Assembly (NCBI GenBank): GCA_965226055.1
Contig: CBDDCA010000005.1
Span: 1 to 64,000, forward strand
Direction of reading: 5' to 3'
DNA from: Spirochaetia bacterium
GTDB taxonomy: Bacteria > Spirochaetota > Spirochaetia > WTKD01 > G963693115
DNA: 64,000 bases
Below the pieces are notes generated by a model. That model made no database searches and was not told the DNA's origin. It saw only the letters and a program-made list of their open reading frames with translations. This document shows, piece after piece, positions 40,847 to 51,504 of this stretch. How positions within the stretch are numbered: the first letter of the stretch is position 1; every line of letters starts with the position of its first letter. Made by a program: the position numbers and the translations under genes.

Positions 40847-43652
40847 GAAATTTTCCTGTATACGATCTCTTGTCTTTCATAACCATCTCAGGAGATCCAA
40901 ATGTTACTACATTCCCCCCTTCATCTCCCCCTTCTGGACCAAGATCAATAATATGGTCAGCTTGTGAAATAAACTCTAAATTATGTTCAATAATAACTAG
41001 CGTGTTGCCTCTATCAACTAGCTCATGCAACACTGATAATAGATTCAATATATCCTTTTGATGCAATCCTGTAGTAGGCTCATCGAGCAAGTATAATGTA
41101 TTTCCTGTACTCACTTTTGATAGCTCAAGGGCTAGTTTTACGCGTTGTGCTTCCCCTCCTGACAATGTTACTGCAGATTGTCCTATTGAAATATAGCCCA
41201 TCCCTACGCGCTGTAATACTAAAAGCTTTCTAGCAATTACTGGTATCTTTTCAAAAAAAAGTAATGCTTCATCAACTGTCATAGCAAGAACATCATAAAT
41301 ATTCTTTTCTTTATATTTTATTTCAAGTGTTTCACGATTAAAACGAAACCCATTACATTTTTCACAGGTTACATAGACATCGGATAAAAAATGCATCTCT
41401 ATAAGCTGCGTTCCTGCTCCTTGACAGGCTTCGCATCTTCCTCCGCGCACATTAAAAGAAAAGCGTCCTTTAGAGTAGCCTCTTGCTTTTGCTTCAGGAA
41501 GCTGTGAAAATAAATCACGAATATGGTCGAATACCTTTATATAGGTACCGGGATTTGAACGTGAGGTTCTTCCTATAGGAGATTGATTTATATCAATAAT
41601 CTTATCTATGCTATCAATTCCTTTTATGAAATCATAAGCTCCTGTCCTCATTTTTGTTCTGAGCAAATTATTATGCACCGCTGGATACAGAACATCTTGA
41701 ATAAGCGTTGATTTTCCCGATCCACTTACCCCTGTTACTACTGTAAATTTTCCTAAAGGAATATGCACCTGTATATTTTTGAGATTATGCTCTTTAACCC
41801 CTCCTAATACAATTTCTTTTCCATTGCCATCTCTTCTTTTTTCTGGAATAGGAGCATATAACTCACCAGCTAAATACTTTGCAGTAAGAGAGTTTTTCAT
41901 TTTTTGCAACTGTGCTGGAGTACCACTTGCCACAACCTCACCACCAAACTTACCAGCATCAGGCCCAATATCAACGACATAGTCTGCCATCCGTATTGCT
42001 TGTTCATCATGTTCCACCACTAATACAGTATTACCTAGATCACGTAAATGTAACAGCATATTTAAGAGACGCTCATTATCTCTCTGATGTAATCCAATAG
42101 TAGGCTCATCAAGAACATACAACACTCCCACTAACGCAGAACCAATTTGAGAAGCAAGACGTATTCTTTGACTTTCCCCTCCTGAAAGAGAACCTGCATA
42201 CCTATCTAAAGTAAGGTATCCAAGTCCCACTTCACTTAAGAAATGTAATCGTGAGTTTATTTCACGCAAAATTTCCACTGCTATTGTCTTATCTCTTTCA
42301 TTAAGAACAAGAGCATTAAAAAATGCTATGCTTTCTTTTACAGACAAAGAAGTTAATTTATGAATAGGAACATTTTTTATTTTTACATGCAATGCCTCAA
42401 TACGTAATCGGCCTCCTTTACATTCTGAACATACATCTTGATCCATAAATTGTTCAAGAAAACTTTGAAATATCAAGTCACGAGTACTACGATACCGTCT
42501 CTCAAGCTCAGGTATGATACCATTAAACAGCTTATTTCTCTCCACTGTATAATTGCTACTTAACGAGGCATATGTATATTGAAGATGAGAATCAGTACCA
42601 TATAGTAATTCATTGAACGCTGTTTTTCCCCATTCATCAAGAGGAGTATCAATAGTCAAACCATGTTTTTTAGCAAGTGCATCAATAATAGAATCATAGT
42701 AATACCAGTTAGTAAATGGAATGATTGCTCTTTCACTAAAACTAAGCGTTTTATCAGGAATAAGTAAATCTGGAGCAAATTCCATAGTATATCCCAAACC
42801 TAAGCATCTAGGACAAGAACCAATAGGACTATTAAAAGAAAATGATTGAGGCTCAAACTCAGGGACATTTAATTCGCTATTGCTATAATTATACTGTAAC
42901 GCATAATGTTCCTCTTTATGATTGGTACCATCATCAAACACCCCTATTGCTTTTCCTGCAGCAATATCAAGAGCTCGCTCCAATGCTTCAACAATTCGTT
43001 TTTTATTTTTTACTGTTACTACAATACGCCCAGTCACTATGTCTATGGTGTACTTATTATTTTTTTTCAATGCTGGCATATCTTCTATGGCATGAAATTT
43101 GCCATTTAATCGTACACGAGTAAAACCTAGCTTCATTGCATCGTCTAATAATTTTTTATGTGTTCCTTTTTTGTTAATTACTACTGGCGCTAATATGGTC
43201 AATTTTGTATTTTCAGGATGATTCATGACAACATCACAAATTTCATCTATGGTAAATTTTTTAAGCATTTTTCCTGTATAGGGATCATATGGAACACCTA
43301 TACGGGCATACAATAAACGATAATAATCATAGATTTCAGTAATAGTCCCTACCGTTGAACGAGGGTTTTTTCCTATTGTTTTCTGCTCTATAGCAATAGC
43401 AGGAGACAGCCCTTCTATACTCTCCACATGTGGCTTATCAAGGTTATCTAAAAATTGACGAGCATAGCTTGATAGCGATTCAATATACCTCCGTTGTCCT
43501 TCAGCATAAATAGTATTAAATGCAAGAGTAGATTTTCCCGAACCGCTTACCCCAGTAATAACCACATATTTATCTCTTGGAATTGAAAGAGAAATTTTTT
43601 TCAAATTATGTTCATACGCCCCAACAATTTTTATAACATTACTCATATACAC
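40809..43652 (-). CDS. uvrA: Excinuclease ABC subunit A
   Basis: Two GVSGSGKS Walker A motifs, LSGGESQRIRLA, LSGGEAQRVKLA, zinc-finger CxxC pairs. Confidence 0.98.
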   Translation of the reverse strand: MYMSNVIKIVGAYEHNLKKISLSIPRDKYVVITGVSGSGKSTLAFNTIYAEGQRRYIESLSSYARQFLDNLDKPHVESIEGLSPAIAIEQKTIGKNPRSTVGTITEIYDYYRLLYARIGVPYDPYTGKMLKKFTIDEICDVVMNHPENTKLTILAPVVINKKGTHKKLLDDAMKLGFTRVRLNGKFHAIEDMPALKKNNKYTIDIVTGRIVVTVKNKKRIVEALERALDIAAGKAIGVFDDGTNHKEEHYALQYNYSNSELNVPEFEPQSFSFNSPIGSCPRCLGLGYTMEFAPDLLIPDKTLSFSERAIIPFTNWYYYDSIIDALAKKHGLTIDTPLDEWGKTAFNELLYGTDSHLQYTYASLSSNYTVERNKLFNGIIPELERRYRSTRDLIFQSFLEQFMDQDVCSECKGGRLRIEALHVKIKNVPIHKLTSLSVKESIAFFNALVLNERDKTIAVEILREINSRLHFLSEVGLGYLTLDRYAGSLSGGESQRIRLASQIGSALVGVLYVLDEPTIGLHQRDNERLLNMLLHLRDLGNTVLVVEHDEQAIRMADYVVDIGPDAGKFGGEVVASGTPAQLQKMKNSLTAKYLAGELYAPIPEKRRDGNGKEIVLGGVKEHNLKNIQVHIPLGKFTVVTGVSGSGKSTLIQDVLYPAVHNNLLRTKMRTGAYDFIKGIDSIDKIIDINQSPIGRTSRSNPGTYIKVFDHIRDLFSQLPEAKARGYSKGRFSFNVRGGRCEACQGAGTQLIEMHFLSDVYVTCEKCNGFRFNRETLEIKYKEKNIYDVLAMTVDEALLFFEKIPVIARKLLVLQRVGMGYISIGQSAVTLSGGEAQRVKLALELSKVSTGNTLYLLDEPTTGLHQKDILNLLSVLHELVDRGNTLVIIEHNLEFISQADHIIDLGPEGGDEGGNVVTFGSPEMVMKDKRSYTGKFLKEYLDFRNVKH

Positions 43653-43818
43653 AATACCTCTATTATTCTCTATCCATTATTGTACTACAGTGCATATCAT
43701 TATACAATAGAGGTACAGATGGGCATACTGATTCAAGAACTCATTGCAATACTACTATTTTACGAAATACACTATAAAAAACATAGAGATTTCTAAATAG
43801 TGTATAATAAAGATATTC

Positions 43819-45933
43819 ATGGAAACAATGGCATCTACTTCCTTTCAACATCATGCAGTGCTGCTTATACTTCAATTAGCATTTATTTTTGTTGCTACAT
43901 GGGGAGCATATGTTATCAGCAATAAAATCAAAGTTCCAGATGTCATACTATTTTTGACATTAGGGGTACTGTTTGGTCCTTTTTTACTTGGTTCTATTCC
44001 AGTATTTCAAATACTACCACATGGATTGTTTCCATTACAAAAAGGAGATATACCAGTATCTCAAGAATTATTCTCTTTGGCTACTATTGCATCAATTATT
44101 TTATTGTTTAGCTCAGGATTACAATCAGACATTGAATTATTTAAGAAATACTTACTAAAAGGAACAGTGGTAGGAATGAGTGCTATTATTTTCTCTTTTG
44201 CAGGAGGATACCTTATAAGTATGTTTTTTCTCCCTCATTTACCGTATATCCACCCTGTTCATCTATTTCTAGCTACCATATCAACGGCAACTTCTGTAGG
44301 TATTTCAAGTACCATACTCTCAAAAAATAAGATGATAAGTAGCCCTGAAGGAGTAACAATACTTTCCGCTGCGGTGATTGATGATGTCATAGGGGTAATC
44401 TTATTATCAATAGTGCTTAGTTTCTCAGCACTTCTGAGCGGAAACAGCATGGCTTCTGGAGAACTCATACAGACAATAATAGGTATATCAATAAAAGCAA
44501 TCTTTATATGGCTATTCTTTATGTTTTTAGGCATTCTCTTTTCCAGAAAAATTGGCTGGTTATTAAAAAAATTGCATGAACCCACGACTATAGCAATGAT
44601 TGCTTTGGCACTCAGCTTTATTCTCGGGTTTGTGTTTGAATACTTTAAGCTCTCAGTCATCGTAGGGGCATACATAGTAGGGCTTACTCTATCAAACACA
44701 GATATATCGTATCTTATACAAGAACGTGTATATCCTATATTCAAATTTTTTGTTCCTATTTTCTTTTTTGTAAGCGGTATGTATATCAATATCAATGTTA
44801 TATTCAATCTTGATGTTCTTATATTTGGAGTATGCTTTTCGCTCGTTGGTATTGTTACAAAATTTTTAGGAGCAGGTATTCCTGCACATTTTCTCGGATT
44901 TAATACACTAGGTGCATCAAGAATTGGTGCAGGTATGCTTCCAAGAGGAGAAGTATCACTGATTATCGCTAGTCTCGGACGAGCGTCAGGAGTACTTAAC
45001 GATACTCTCTTTGGAACAGTGCTAATTATGATATTTATTAGCTCTGTTATAGCCCCCATACTCCTTGATAAAATTTTAAGAATACCAAAAAAAGGAACAA
45101 GTGAAAAAATACAAGAAACAATGATAAATACTCATTTCTCATTTGAACGCGTAAAACTTGCAAAGTTTATACTCTCAGAGCTTATACAAATTTTTCAAGA
45201 TGATGGATTTTTTATTAACTCAACAAGAAGAAAAAAAAATACAATCATACATATCCGAAAGAATGCCACATTTATTACTCTTCATTATAAAAATAGCGAT
45301 ACCTTGACTTTTACATCTGAGCAACAGGATATAAAGATTATTAGGACTGCAGTAAATGAGTGTGTATCAAGTATAGCAGAAACAACTAAATTTATACAAA
45401 CAACACTTCATTCGCACCTTTCACAAATGATGAAAGATAACACAACAACACCGAACAATGAACAAATTATGCCCCAAGAAGATAGCATACAACTAAAACA
45501 ATTTCTCTCATCTTCTCGTATCGCTCTTAATCTACAATCAAATACAAAAAAAGATATTATAGCCGAACTTGTATCATATCTTGAAACAGATACAAACCAT
45601 ACACAACATGATATACAACAATTTTTAGAAGATGTGTATGAGAGAGAAGATGCAATATCAACTGGCTTGGAACATGGGGTTGCTATTCCTCATGCACGTT
45701 CCGATGCTATTGATACTTTGAAAATAGTTATTGGAATAAAAAAAGAAGGCATTGACTTCAAAGCATTTGACGGTAACCCTTGTTCTATTTTTGTACTCAT
45801 CGCTTCTCCACTTGAAGGGCCTCACTTAGAAGTTCTTACTAAAATAACCATACTTCTTAACAATAGTGATTTTAGACAACAAGTGTTACAAGCAACAAGC
45901 AAGCAAAAAGTGTTGACTTTATTTTCACAATAA
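43819..45933 (+). CDS. CPA2 cation:proton antiporter fused to a C-terminal PTS EIIA domain
   Basis: ATSVGIS, AAVIDDVIG, GMLPRGEV antiporter motifs; C-terminal ERE..STG...GVAIPHAR. Confidence 0.9.
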   Translation: METMASTSFQHHAVLLILQLAFIFVATWGAYVISNKIKVPDVILFLTLGVLFGPFLLGSIPVFQILPHGLFPLQKGDIPVSQELFSLATIASIILLFSSGLQSDIELFKKYLLKGTVVGMSAIIFSFAGGYLISMFFLPHLPYIHPVHLFLATISTATSVGISSTILSKNKMISSPEGVTILSAAVIDDVIGVILLSIVLSFSALLSGNSMASGELIQTIIGISIKAIFIWLFFMFLGILFSRKIGWLLKKLHEPTTIAMIALALSFILGFVFEYFKLSVIVGAYIVGLTLSNTDISYLIQERVYPIFKFFVPIFFFVSGMYININVIFNLDVLIFGVCFSLVGIVTKFLGAGIPAHFLGFNTLGASRIGAGMLPRGEVSLIIASLGRASGVLNDTLFGTVLIMIFISSVIAPILLDKILRIPKKGTSEKIQETMINTHFSFERVKLAKFILSELIQIFQDDGFFINSTRRKKNTIIHIRKNATFITLHYKNSDTLTFTSEQQDIKIIRTAVNECVSSIAETTKFIQTTLHSHLSQMMKDNTTTPNNEQIMPQEDSIQLKQFLSSSRIALNLQSNTKKDIIAELVSYLETDTNHTQHDIQQFLEDVYEREDAISTGLEHGVAIPHARSDAIDTLKIVIGIKKEGIDFKAFDGNPCSIFVLIASPLEGPHLEVLTKITILLNNSDFRQQVLQATSKQKVLTLFSQ

Positions 45934-45950
45934 CCAATAGTATACATTAC

Positions 45951-46823
45951 ATGAAATATATACGTTTTATTTTTTTGTTCTTATGTCCCTATGTATTTTC
46001 ATATCCTAGCATTCAATCTCTCAATGATAGTGATATTATCTTTATACAACTCACACAGCATATACATAATACATCAGAACATCTCTATCTTTTTGAATAT
46101 ACCTTAAAAGAAAATGAAACATTAGAAACACTTGCTGACACTGTTGGGGTGAGCTTTGAAAGTATTGTCAGTCTCAATCGTCTTCCTGCTCCCTTGCATG
46201 CTTTGACAGACAATAACACACAATACAGCGTTCTTATTCCAAGTAAATCAGGCATTTTTATTTCAAATACACGAAAATTTGATTTTGAAACCATGCTCTA
46301 TACACTCTATGAATCAGAAATAAAACATACCCCTCCCCTCGTTGTCAAGGCTTCATTTCAATCCTCTAATACTTACTTTTATTTTTTAGAACATCAAACA
46401 TGGAATGACGATATACAAAAACGATGGGAGATTATAGATTACCGTTTCCCTGTCCTTAACGGAGTTATTTCTTCCTATTTTGGATCAAGAACAAGCCCTA
46501 TAAGTGGAAGTACAGTATTTCATAAAGGGATAGATATATCTTCTCAAGAAGGGGAGTGGATATTTTCTTCTCGTAATGGGGTTATAAAACATACAGGATA
46601 TAGTAAGATATTTGGCTATTTTATTGAAATTGAACACCAAGATGGTAGTCGTACACTATATGGTCACATACTTGATTCTATACATACTATTGGAGATACA
46701 GTGCTTATTGGAGAACACATTGCATACATGGGCAGTACAGGAATGTCCACAGGAGTACATACTCATTTTGAGTTATCTATTGACAATGTTCCTGTAAATC
46801 CTCTATCATATCTTATACGATAA
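45951..46823 (+). CDS. LysM + M23 family peptidoglycan endopeptidase
   Basis: LysM YTLKENETLETLA; M23 HKGID, TLYGH, GSTGMSTGVHTHFE. Confidence 0.88.
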   Translation: MKYIRFIFLFLCPYVFSYPSIQSLNDSDIIFIQLTQHIHNTSEHLYLFEYTLKENETLETLADTVGVSFESIVSLNRLPAPLHALTDNNTQYSVLIPSKSGIFISNTRKFDFETMLYTLYESEIKHTPPLVVKASFQSSNTYFYFLEHQTWNDDIQKRWEIIDYRFPVLNGVISSYFGSRTSPISGSTVFHKGIDISSQEGEWIFSSRNGVIKHTGYSKIFGYFIEIEHQDGSRTLYGHILDSIHTIGDTVLIGEHIAYMGSTGMSTGVHTHFELSIDNVPVNPLSYLIR

Positions 46824-46893
46824 GTATATATTATAAAATATCTATATTTTAAGGTAAAGTTTTTAGATTATAGAACGATAATAAAAATGAAAG

Positions 46894-46972
46894 TTAGCAC
46901 CTTGTCATAGGTCCCCTCCCAGTTCCCTATTAGGTGTTGACTCTTGGCCGGTTCACACGAACCGGTCTTTTT
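46894..46972 (+). ncRNA. Candidate structured small RNA: C-rich-loop hairpin plus intrinsic terminator
   Basis: TTAGCACCT/AGGTGTTGA and ATAGG/CCTAT stems with loop TCCCCTCCCAGTTC; then GGCCGGTTC-ACAC-GAACCGGTC-TTTTT. Confidence 0.45.
46946..46972 (+). terminator. Rho-independent terminator
   Basis: 9-bp GC-rich stem, 4-nt loop, T5 tail. Confidence 0.85.
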
Positions 46973-47138
46973 ATATTTGTTAAAAAACATATTTATACAA
47001 TCTATGATATAATTAAAAAAATGACTACTTAAACACGCAATATATTTTATAAGTATACAAAAATATACCTAATATTATGCATGTTTACTTATTTACTTAT
47101 AGATACTATAAGTATTACAGATTAATAAGGAGGATATT

Positions 47139-47744
47139 ATGTCACACCCAACAACATCAAAAGAAGAAATGCTTAGCAGAATTGTACGCTTTTCTGATTA
47201 TACAAAAGAAAATGCAGTACCGCTTATGTTTATTGATAGCTTACTTCCCGGTCACCATCGCTTAAATTATGCAGTAATTGGTGATACAGCAAGTGAAAAT
47301 CCTGATTTTAAGCCGATACTTTCTCAAGAACATGGCTTTCAAATTGGAATGTTTAAGGCAATGCCTGATGGAAATGGTCCTGCATACCATACTCATGATT
47401 ATATAGAAATCTTTCTTCCTCTTGAGGGAAAATGGCGATTTTGGTTTGGAAACGACCCAGAAAATGACTCTGAAAACTTTGTAGAGCTTGGACAGTGGGA
47501 CTTAATTTCCTTTCCTCCTGGACTATGGCGTCGCTTTGAAAATATAGATACTAAACCTGCATGGTGCTTTGCAGTACTAGAAAAACACAATGTATTTACA
47601 GGAAAAGACCCTTATTGGTCTCCTACTGTCATACGTAGATCTCAAGAGATGGGATTTGAATCAGATGAAAACGGAAAAATGAAAAAGCCTCCCAACTTTG
47701 AACAAATAAATGCTGAAATGTTAGAAAAAATGTATAATGCATAA
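47139..47744 (+). CDS. Cupin-domain protein
   Basis: GPAYHTHDYIEIF metal motif and DLISFPPGLWRRFEN second cupin motif; AGGAGG RBS. Confidence 0.85.
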   Translation: MSHPTTSKEEMLSRIVRFSDYTKENAVPLMFIDSLLPGHHRLNYAVIGDTASENPDFKPILSQEHGFQIGMFKAMPDGNGPAYHTHDYIEIFLPLEGKWRFWFGNDPENDSENFVELGQWDLISFPPGLWRRFENIDTKPAWCFAVLEKHNVFTGKDPYWSPTVIRRSQEMGFESDENGKMKKPPNFEQINAEMLEKMYNA

Positions 47745-47813
47745 TCATAATACAAAATATACTTTCACTAATACTATAATAAACAATTAGATAACAAATA
47801 ATGAGGAGGTTTT

Positions 47814-48833
47814 ATGAAACATTTAGTTATCTCTGTACTGTGTATCTTTTTAATACCTATCTTTGCTTTTGCAAGTGGTAATGAGGATACATCAAATAAC
47901 GAAAAAGTACTACGTGTAGGACACGATAGTCAAGAGAACTCTGCACTTCACCAGGCATTTCTATTTTTTAAAGAAAAAGTAGAAAGTAACCCTGAGTTAA
48001 ATATAGCAGTTGAAATATATCCTGCTGCTCAGCTAGGAGGAGCAAAAGAACTGTTTGATACAGTGCAGCAAGGAAATTTGGAGACAACTGCATCAGCAAC
48101 AGTACTTCTGTCCAGCTCTATTCCTGAATTCAATGTATTAGATGTATTCTATCTGTTTGATTCTATTGAGCATGCCCATGCATCTCTTGATGGACCTGCA
48201 GGACAGCGATTATTACAAGTACTTGAGCCTTTAGGATTACATGGCTTTGGGTATATGGAAGTCGGTATGCGTAACATGTCTAATTCAAGAAACCCTATAC
48301 GTTCAGTTGAGGATCTTAAAGGACTAAAAATTCGTGCAGCTTCTAACCCACTACAAATTGCTGCGTGGAAATCAGCAGGTGCTGCTCCTATTCCTATGGC
48401 ATTTGGAGAAATCTTTACTTCTTTACAACAAGGATTATTAGACGGACAAGAAAGTGCCATAAGCTCTATGTACACTCAACGTTTCTTTGAAGCACAAAAA
48501 TATATAAGTATGACAGAACATATTTACACTAACTATCTATGGGTTATAAACAAAACTTTTTGGGATTCATTGAACGAACAAGAACAAGCAGCTTTAGATG
48601 CTATAGCAAAAGAAACAATACAAGAACAAAGAAACATTGCAGCACAGTTTAATAATTCATATCTCGAAAAATTAAAATCTGAAGGTGGCATGGTAGTTAA
48701 TCAAGTGGATAGTAGTGTGAAAGCACAGCTTTCTGAAAAACTAAATGCTCCGACACAAGAAGAAATAGAAAAACTGACTGGATCAGAGCTGTATAACTTT
48801 GTTATTACAGAAATAGATAATGCTCGCTATTAG
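47814..48833 (+). CDS. dctP: TRAP transporter substrate-binding protein (DctP family)
   Basis: YPAAQLG, EVGMRN, DLKGLKIR, PMAFGEIFTSLQQGLLDGQE; signal peptide. Confidence 0.93.
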   Translation: MKHLVISVLCIFLIPIFAFASGNEDTSNNEKVLRVGHDSQENSALHQAFLFFKEKVESNPELNIAVEIYPAAQLGGAKELFDTVQQGNLETTASATVLLSSSIPEFNVLDVFYLFDSIEHAHASLDGPAGQRLLQVLEPLGLHGFGYMEVGMRNMSNSRNPIRSVEDLKGLKIRAASNPLQIAAWKSAGAAPIPMAFGEIFTSLQQGLLDGQESAISSMYTQRFFEAQKYISMTEHIYTNYLWVINKTFWDSLNEQEQAALDAIAKETIQEQRNIAAQFNNSYLEKLKSEGGMVVNQVDSSVKAQLSEKLNAPTQEEIEKLTGSELYNFVITEIDNARY

Positions 48834-48862
48834 TTTCTCATGAAGAATTGGAGAAAGATATA

Positions 48863-49408
48863 ATGAAACAATACTTCAAAGCAATGCTAAAATGGCTTGA
48901 TCTCAACTTAGAGATTATTATGTTAGTATCTTTCTCCATTACAATGACTGTTATAGTGTTTGCTCAAGTAGTAATGCGCTATGTATTTAATTCTGCTTTT
49001 TCTTGGGCAGAAGAAATATCACGCTACCTATTTATTTGGATAATCTATCTTGGCATCAGTTATTCCTGTCGTACCCGAAGACATGTACGCGTTATGTTCC
49101 TTGTTAATCGCCTTCCTAATACTGTTAAGCGCTTAGTTATTATTCTAGGAGATTTTATTTTTCTATCGTATTGCATAATTATCATACTATACGGTGTACG
49201 ACTTAATATCATCACTTATCAACTAAAACAATATACTGCTGCTATCCATCTCTCATATGTCTTTGTGTATAGTTCCATTGTGTTTGGATCTTTATTAAGC
49301 TCAATACGAATTATTCAAAATATAGTACATAAAATACAGCATTGGTCTGCCCCTATGAAACAGTTTGAACATTTAGAAGATAGCAACTATCTTTTTAAGA
49401 ATCAATAA
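48863..49408 (+). CDS. dctQ: TRAP transporter small permease
   Basis: QVVMRYVFN..FSWAEEISRYLFIW, HVRV; 4 TMs; GGAG before ATG 48863. Confidence 0.92.
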   Translation: MKQYFKAMLKWLDLNLEIIMLVSFSITMTVIVFAQVVMRYVFNSAFSWAEEISRYLFIWIIYLGISYSCRTRRHVRVMFLVNRLPNTVKRLVIILGDFIFLSYCIIIILYGVRLNIITYQLKQYTAAIHLSYVFVYSSIVFGSLLSSIRIIQNIVHKIQHWSAPMKQFEHLEDSNYLFKNQ

Positions 49409-49420
49409 AAGTATGCAACT

Positions 49421-50737
49421 ATGATTGGGTTTATACTCTTTTCTGCTTTTTTCGTTCTCATACTTCTTGGTGTACCTATTGGTATATCATTAGGGTTTTC
49501 TACTGTTATTGCTATACTGTTTATGCCTGGCCTTAATCTTGATTTTTTTGTTCGTGGACTTATATCAGGACTTGACTCGTTTCCTCTTATAGCAGTATTG
49601 TTTTTTACCATTGCGGGCAATATTATGGGACGAGGAGGCATTTCTGCACGATTACTACGATTAGCAAATATTTTCTTTGGACATATACGGGGATCACTGG
49701 GGATAGTTACTATAGTAGCTTGTATGATGTTTGCTGCTATATCAGGGACAGGTTCAGCAACAGTTGCTGCTATTGGCTCTATTATGATTCCTGCAATGAT
49801 AAAGCAGGGGTATAATAAAAATTTTGCTGGATCCTTAGTTGCTAGTGCTGGTACCATAGGTGCTATTATCCCTCCTAGCGTTTCTATGATTGTATATGCA
49901 GTAGCATCTGGGGTATCTGTTACCTCCATGTTTCTTGCAGGTATTGGTCCAGGAATACTCATTGGAGTATTTTTAATTATCTTTTGCTATATATATTCTT
50001 GTAAACACTCTTATCAAAAAGACAGTCACCTTGTACAGACAGAGCATGACACAGGAACACAGATTCAAGAAACAACAATACGCAAAGATGAAACTATTTT
50101 ACATAGTGTATGGGCCGTATCAGTTCCTGTAATGATATTAGGAGGAATTTACGGTGGAGTATTTACTCCTACCGAAGCAGCTGGAGTAGCGGTAGTATAC
50201 GGTACTGTTATTAGTATATATATCTACAAAGAGCTTAAATGGTCTGATCTTCCTGCTATATTTTTGGAATCTACACTATTAGTATCGTGTGTATTGGTTA
50301 TTTTAGGAGCATCGGTTGGGTTTGGGCGAGTGCTTACTTTAGAACGAGTACCTGTATCTATTGCAAACTTTATTACAAGCATAACTGATAATAAAATTGT
50401 AATATTGTTACTCATAAATATACTCCTACTTATAATAGGAACATTTATGGAAACATTAGCTGCTATTGTTATCCTTACCCCTATTTTACTCCCCATTGTA
50501 CAAAAGATAGGTGTAGATCCTACCCATTTTGGTATCATCATGATAGTAAATTTATGTATAGGATTTATTACCCCTCCTCTGGGAGCTAATTTATTTATGA
50601 CTGCCCAAGTAGGAAAATTACAATTTGATGAGTTAGCAAAAAGTATTCTCATATGGGTACTTATCATGATTGCTGCACTCATGTTTATAACATATATTCC
50701 AAGCATAAGCTTAGGATTAGAAACATTATTACCATAA
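49421..50737 (+). CDS. dctM: TRAP transporter large permease
   Basis: DSFPLIA, AISGTGSAT, IIPPS, GGIYGGVFTPTEAA, GFITPPLG. Confidence 0.94.
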   Translation: MIGFILFSAFFVLILLGVPIGISLGFSTVIAILFMPGLNLDFFVRGLISGLDSFPLIAVLFFTIAGNIMGRGGISARLLRLANIFFGHIRGSLGIVTIVACMMFAAISGTGSATVAAIGSIMIPAMIKQGYNKNFAGSLVASAGTIGAIIPPSVSMIVYAVASGVSVTSMFLAGIGPGILIGVFLIIFCYIYSCKHSYQKDSHLVQTEHDTGTQIQETTIRKDETILHSVWAVSVPVMILGGIYGGVFTPTEAAGVAVVYGTVISIYIYKELKWSDLPAIFLESTLLVSCVLVILGASVGFGRVLTLERVPVSIANFITSITDNKIVILLLINILLLIIGTFMETLAAIVILTPILLPIVQKIGVDPTHFGIIMIVNLCIGFITPPLGANLFMTAQVGKLQFDELAKSILIWVLIMIAALMFITYIPSISLGLETLLP

Positions 50738-50751
50738 AAAAGGAGATTTAT

Positions 50752-51504
50752 ATGCTAGTAAAACAAAAATTACAGCAGGGAAAACAAGTTTGTATCGCAT
50801 GGAACCAAAGTGGTTCCAATTATATATCTGAAATTTTTGCACGTGCAGGATTTGATGGTATTATTATCGATTTAGAGCATGGACCTTTTAGTTTAGAAAC
50901 TACAGCTCAACATTGCCAAGCTATTCAATGTAGTAACGCAACCCCTATGGCTCGTGTAGTTGATAGACATACAAGTACCATTAAAAGAGTACTTGACACT
51001 GGTATTTATGGATTGCTCATACCACACATATCAAGTGTAACAAAAGCGCAACAAGCCATAGCTGCCACAAAGTATCCCCCCGAAGGTGTTCGTGGAGTAG
51101 CAGGAAGCGGTCGTGCTGCTGGTTTTACGCACGATGCAATTCAATACTTTAAGCGAGCAAATAGAGACATTTTTGTTGCGTTAGCAGTCGAGACAATAGA
51201 AGGATACCATGCCTTAGATGATATCTTAGAGCTTGATGGCTACGATGCTATTTTTATTGGACCTGCAGATCTCGCTTCTTCTATGGGGTATTTAGGCGAT
51301 CCATCAGTACAAGAAGTACAAGATGTTATAACAAGCATAGAAAATAAAGTATTTGCTTCAAAAAAGTATCTTGGTACAGTAGCAAATAATGATGAGCAAA
51401 TTACACAAAAATTCAATAGAGGCTATAATTTTCTTATGCTTATGTCTGATGTTGGATGCATATCAAAAGAAGCATATCGCATTGTAAAAACATATGCCTC
51501 CTAA
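50752..51504 (+). CDS. HpcH/HpaI class II pyruvate aldolase
   Basis: IDLEHGP, KYPPEGVRG, VET, IFIGPADLASSMG; AAGGAG RBS before ATG 50752. Confidence 0.9.
   Translation: MLVKQKLQQGKQVCIAWNQSGSNYISEIFARAGFDGIIIDLEHGPFSLETTAQHCQAIQCSNATPMARVVDRHTSTIKRVLDTGIYGLLIPHISSVTKAQQAIAATKYPPEGVRGVAGSGRAAGFTHDAIQYFKRANRDIFVALAVETIEGYHALDDILELDGYDAIFIGPADLASSMGYLGDPSVQEVQDVITSIENKVFASKKYLGTVANNDEQITQKFNRGYNFLMLMSDVGCISKEAYRIVKTYAS

Noticed and set aside
44259-45059. 266-aa antisense ORF
   Set aside because: Lies wholly opposite the antiporter TM region; a typical shadow ORF with no motif.
49402-50706. 186-aa and 160-aa antisense ORFs
   Set aside because: Shadows of the dctM coding strand.
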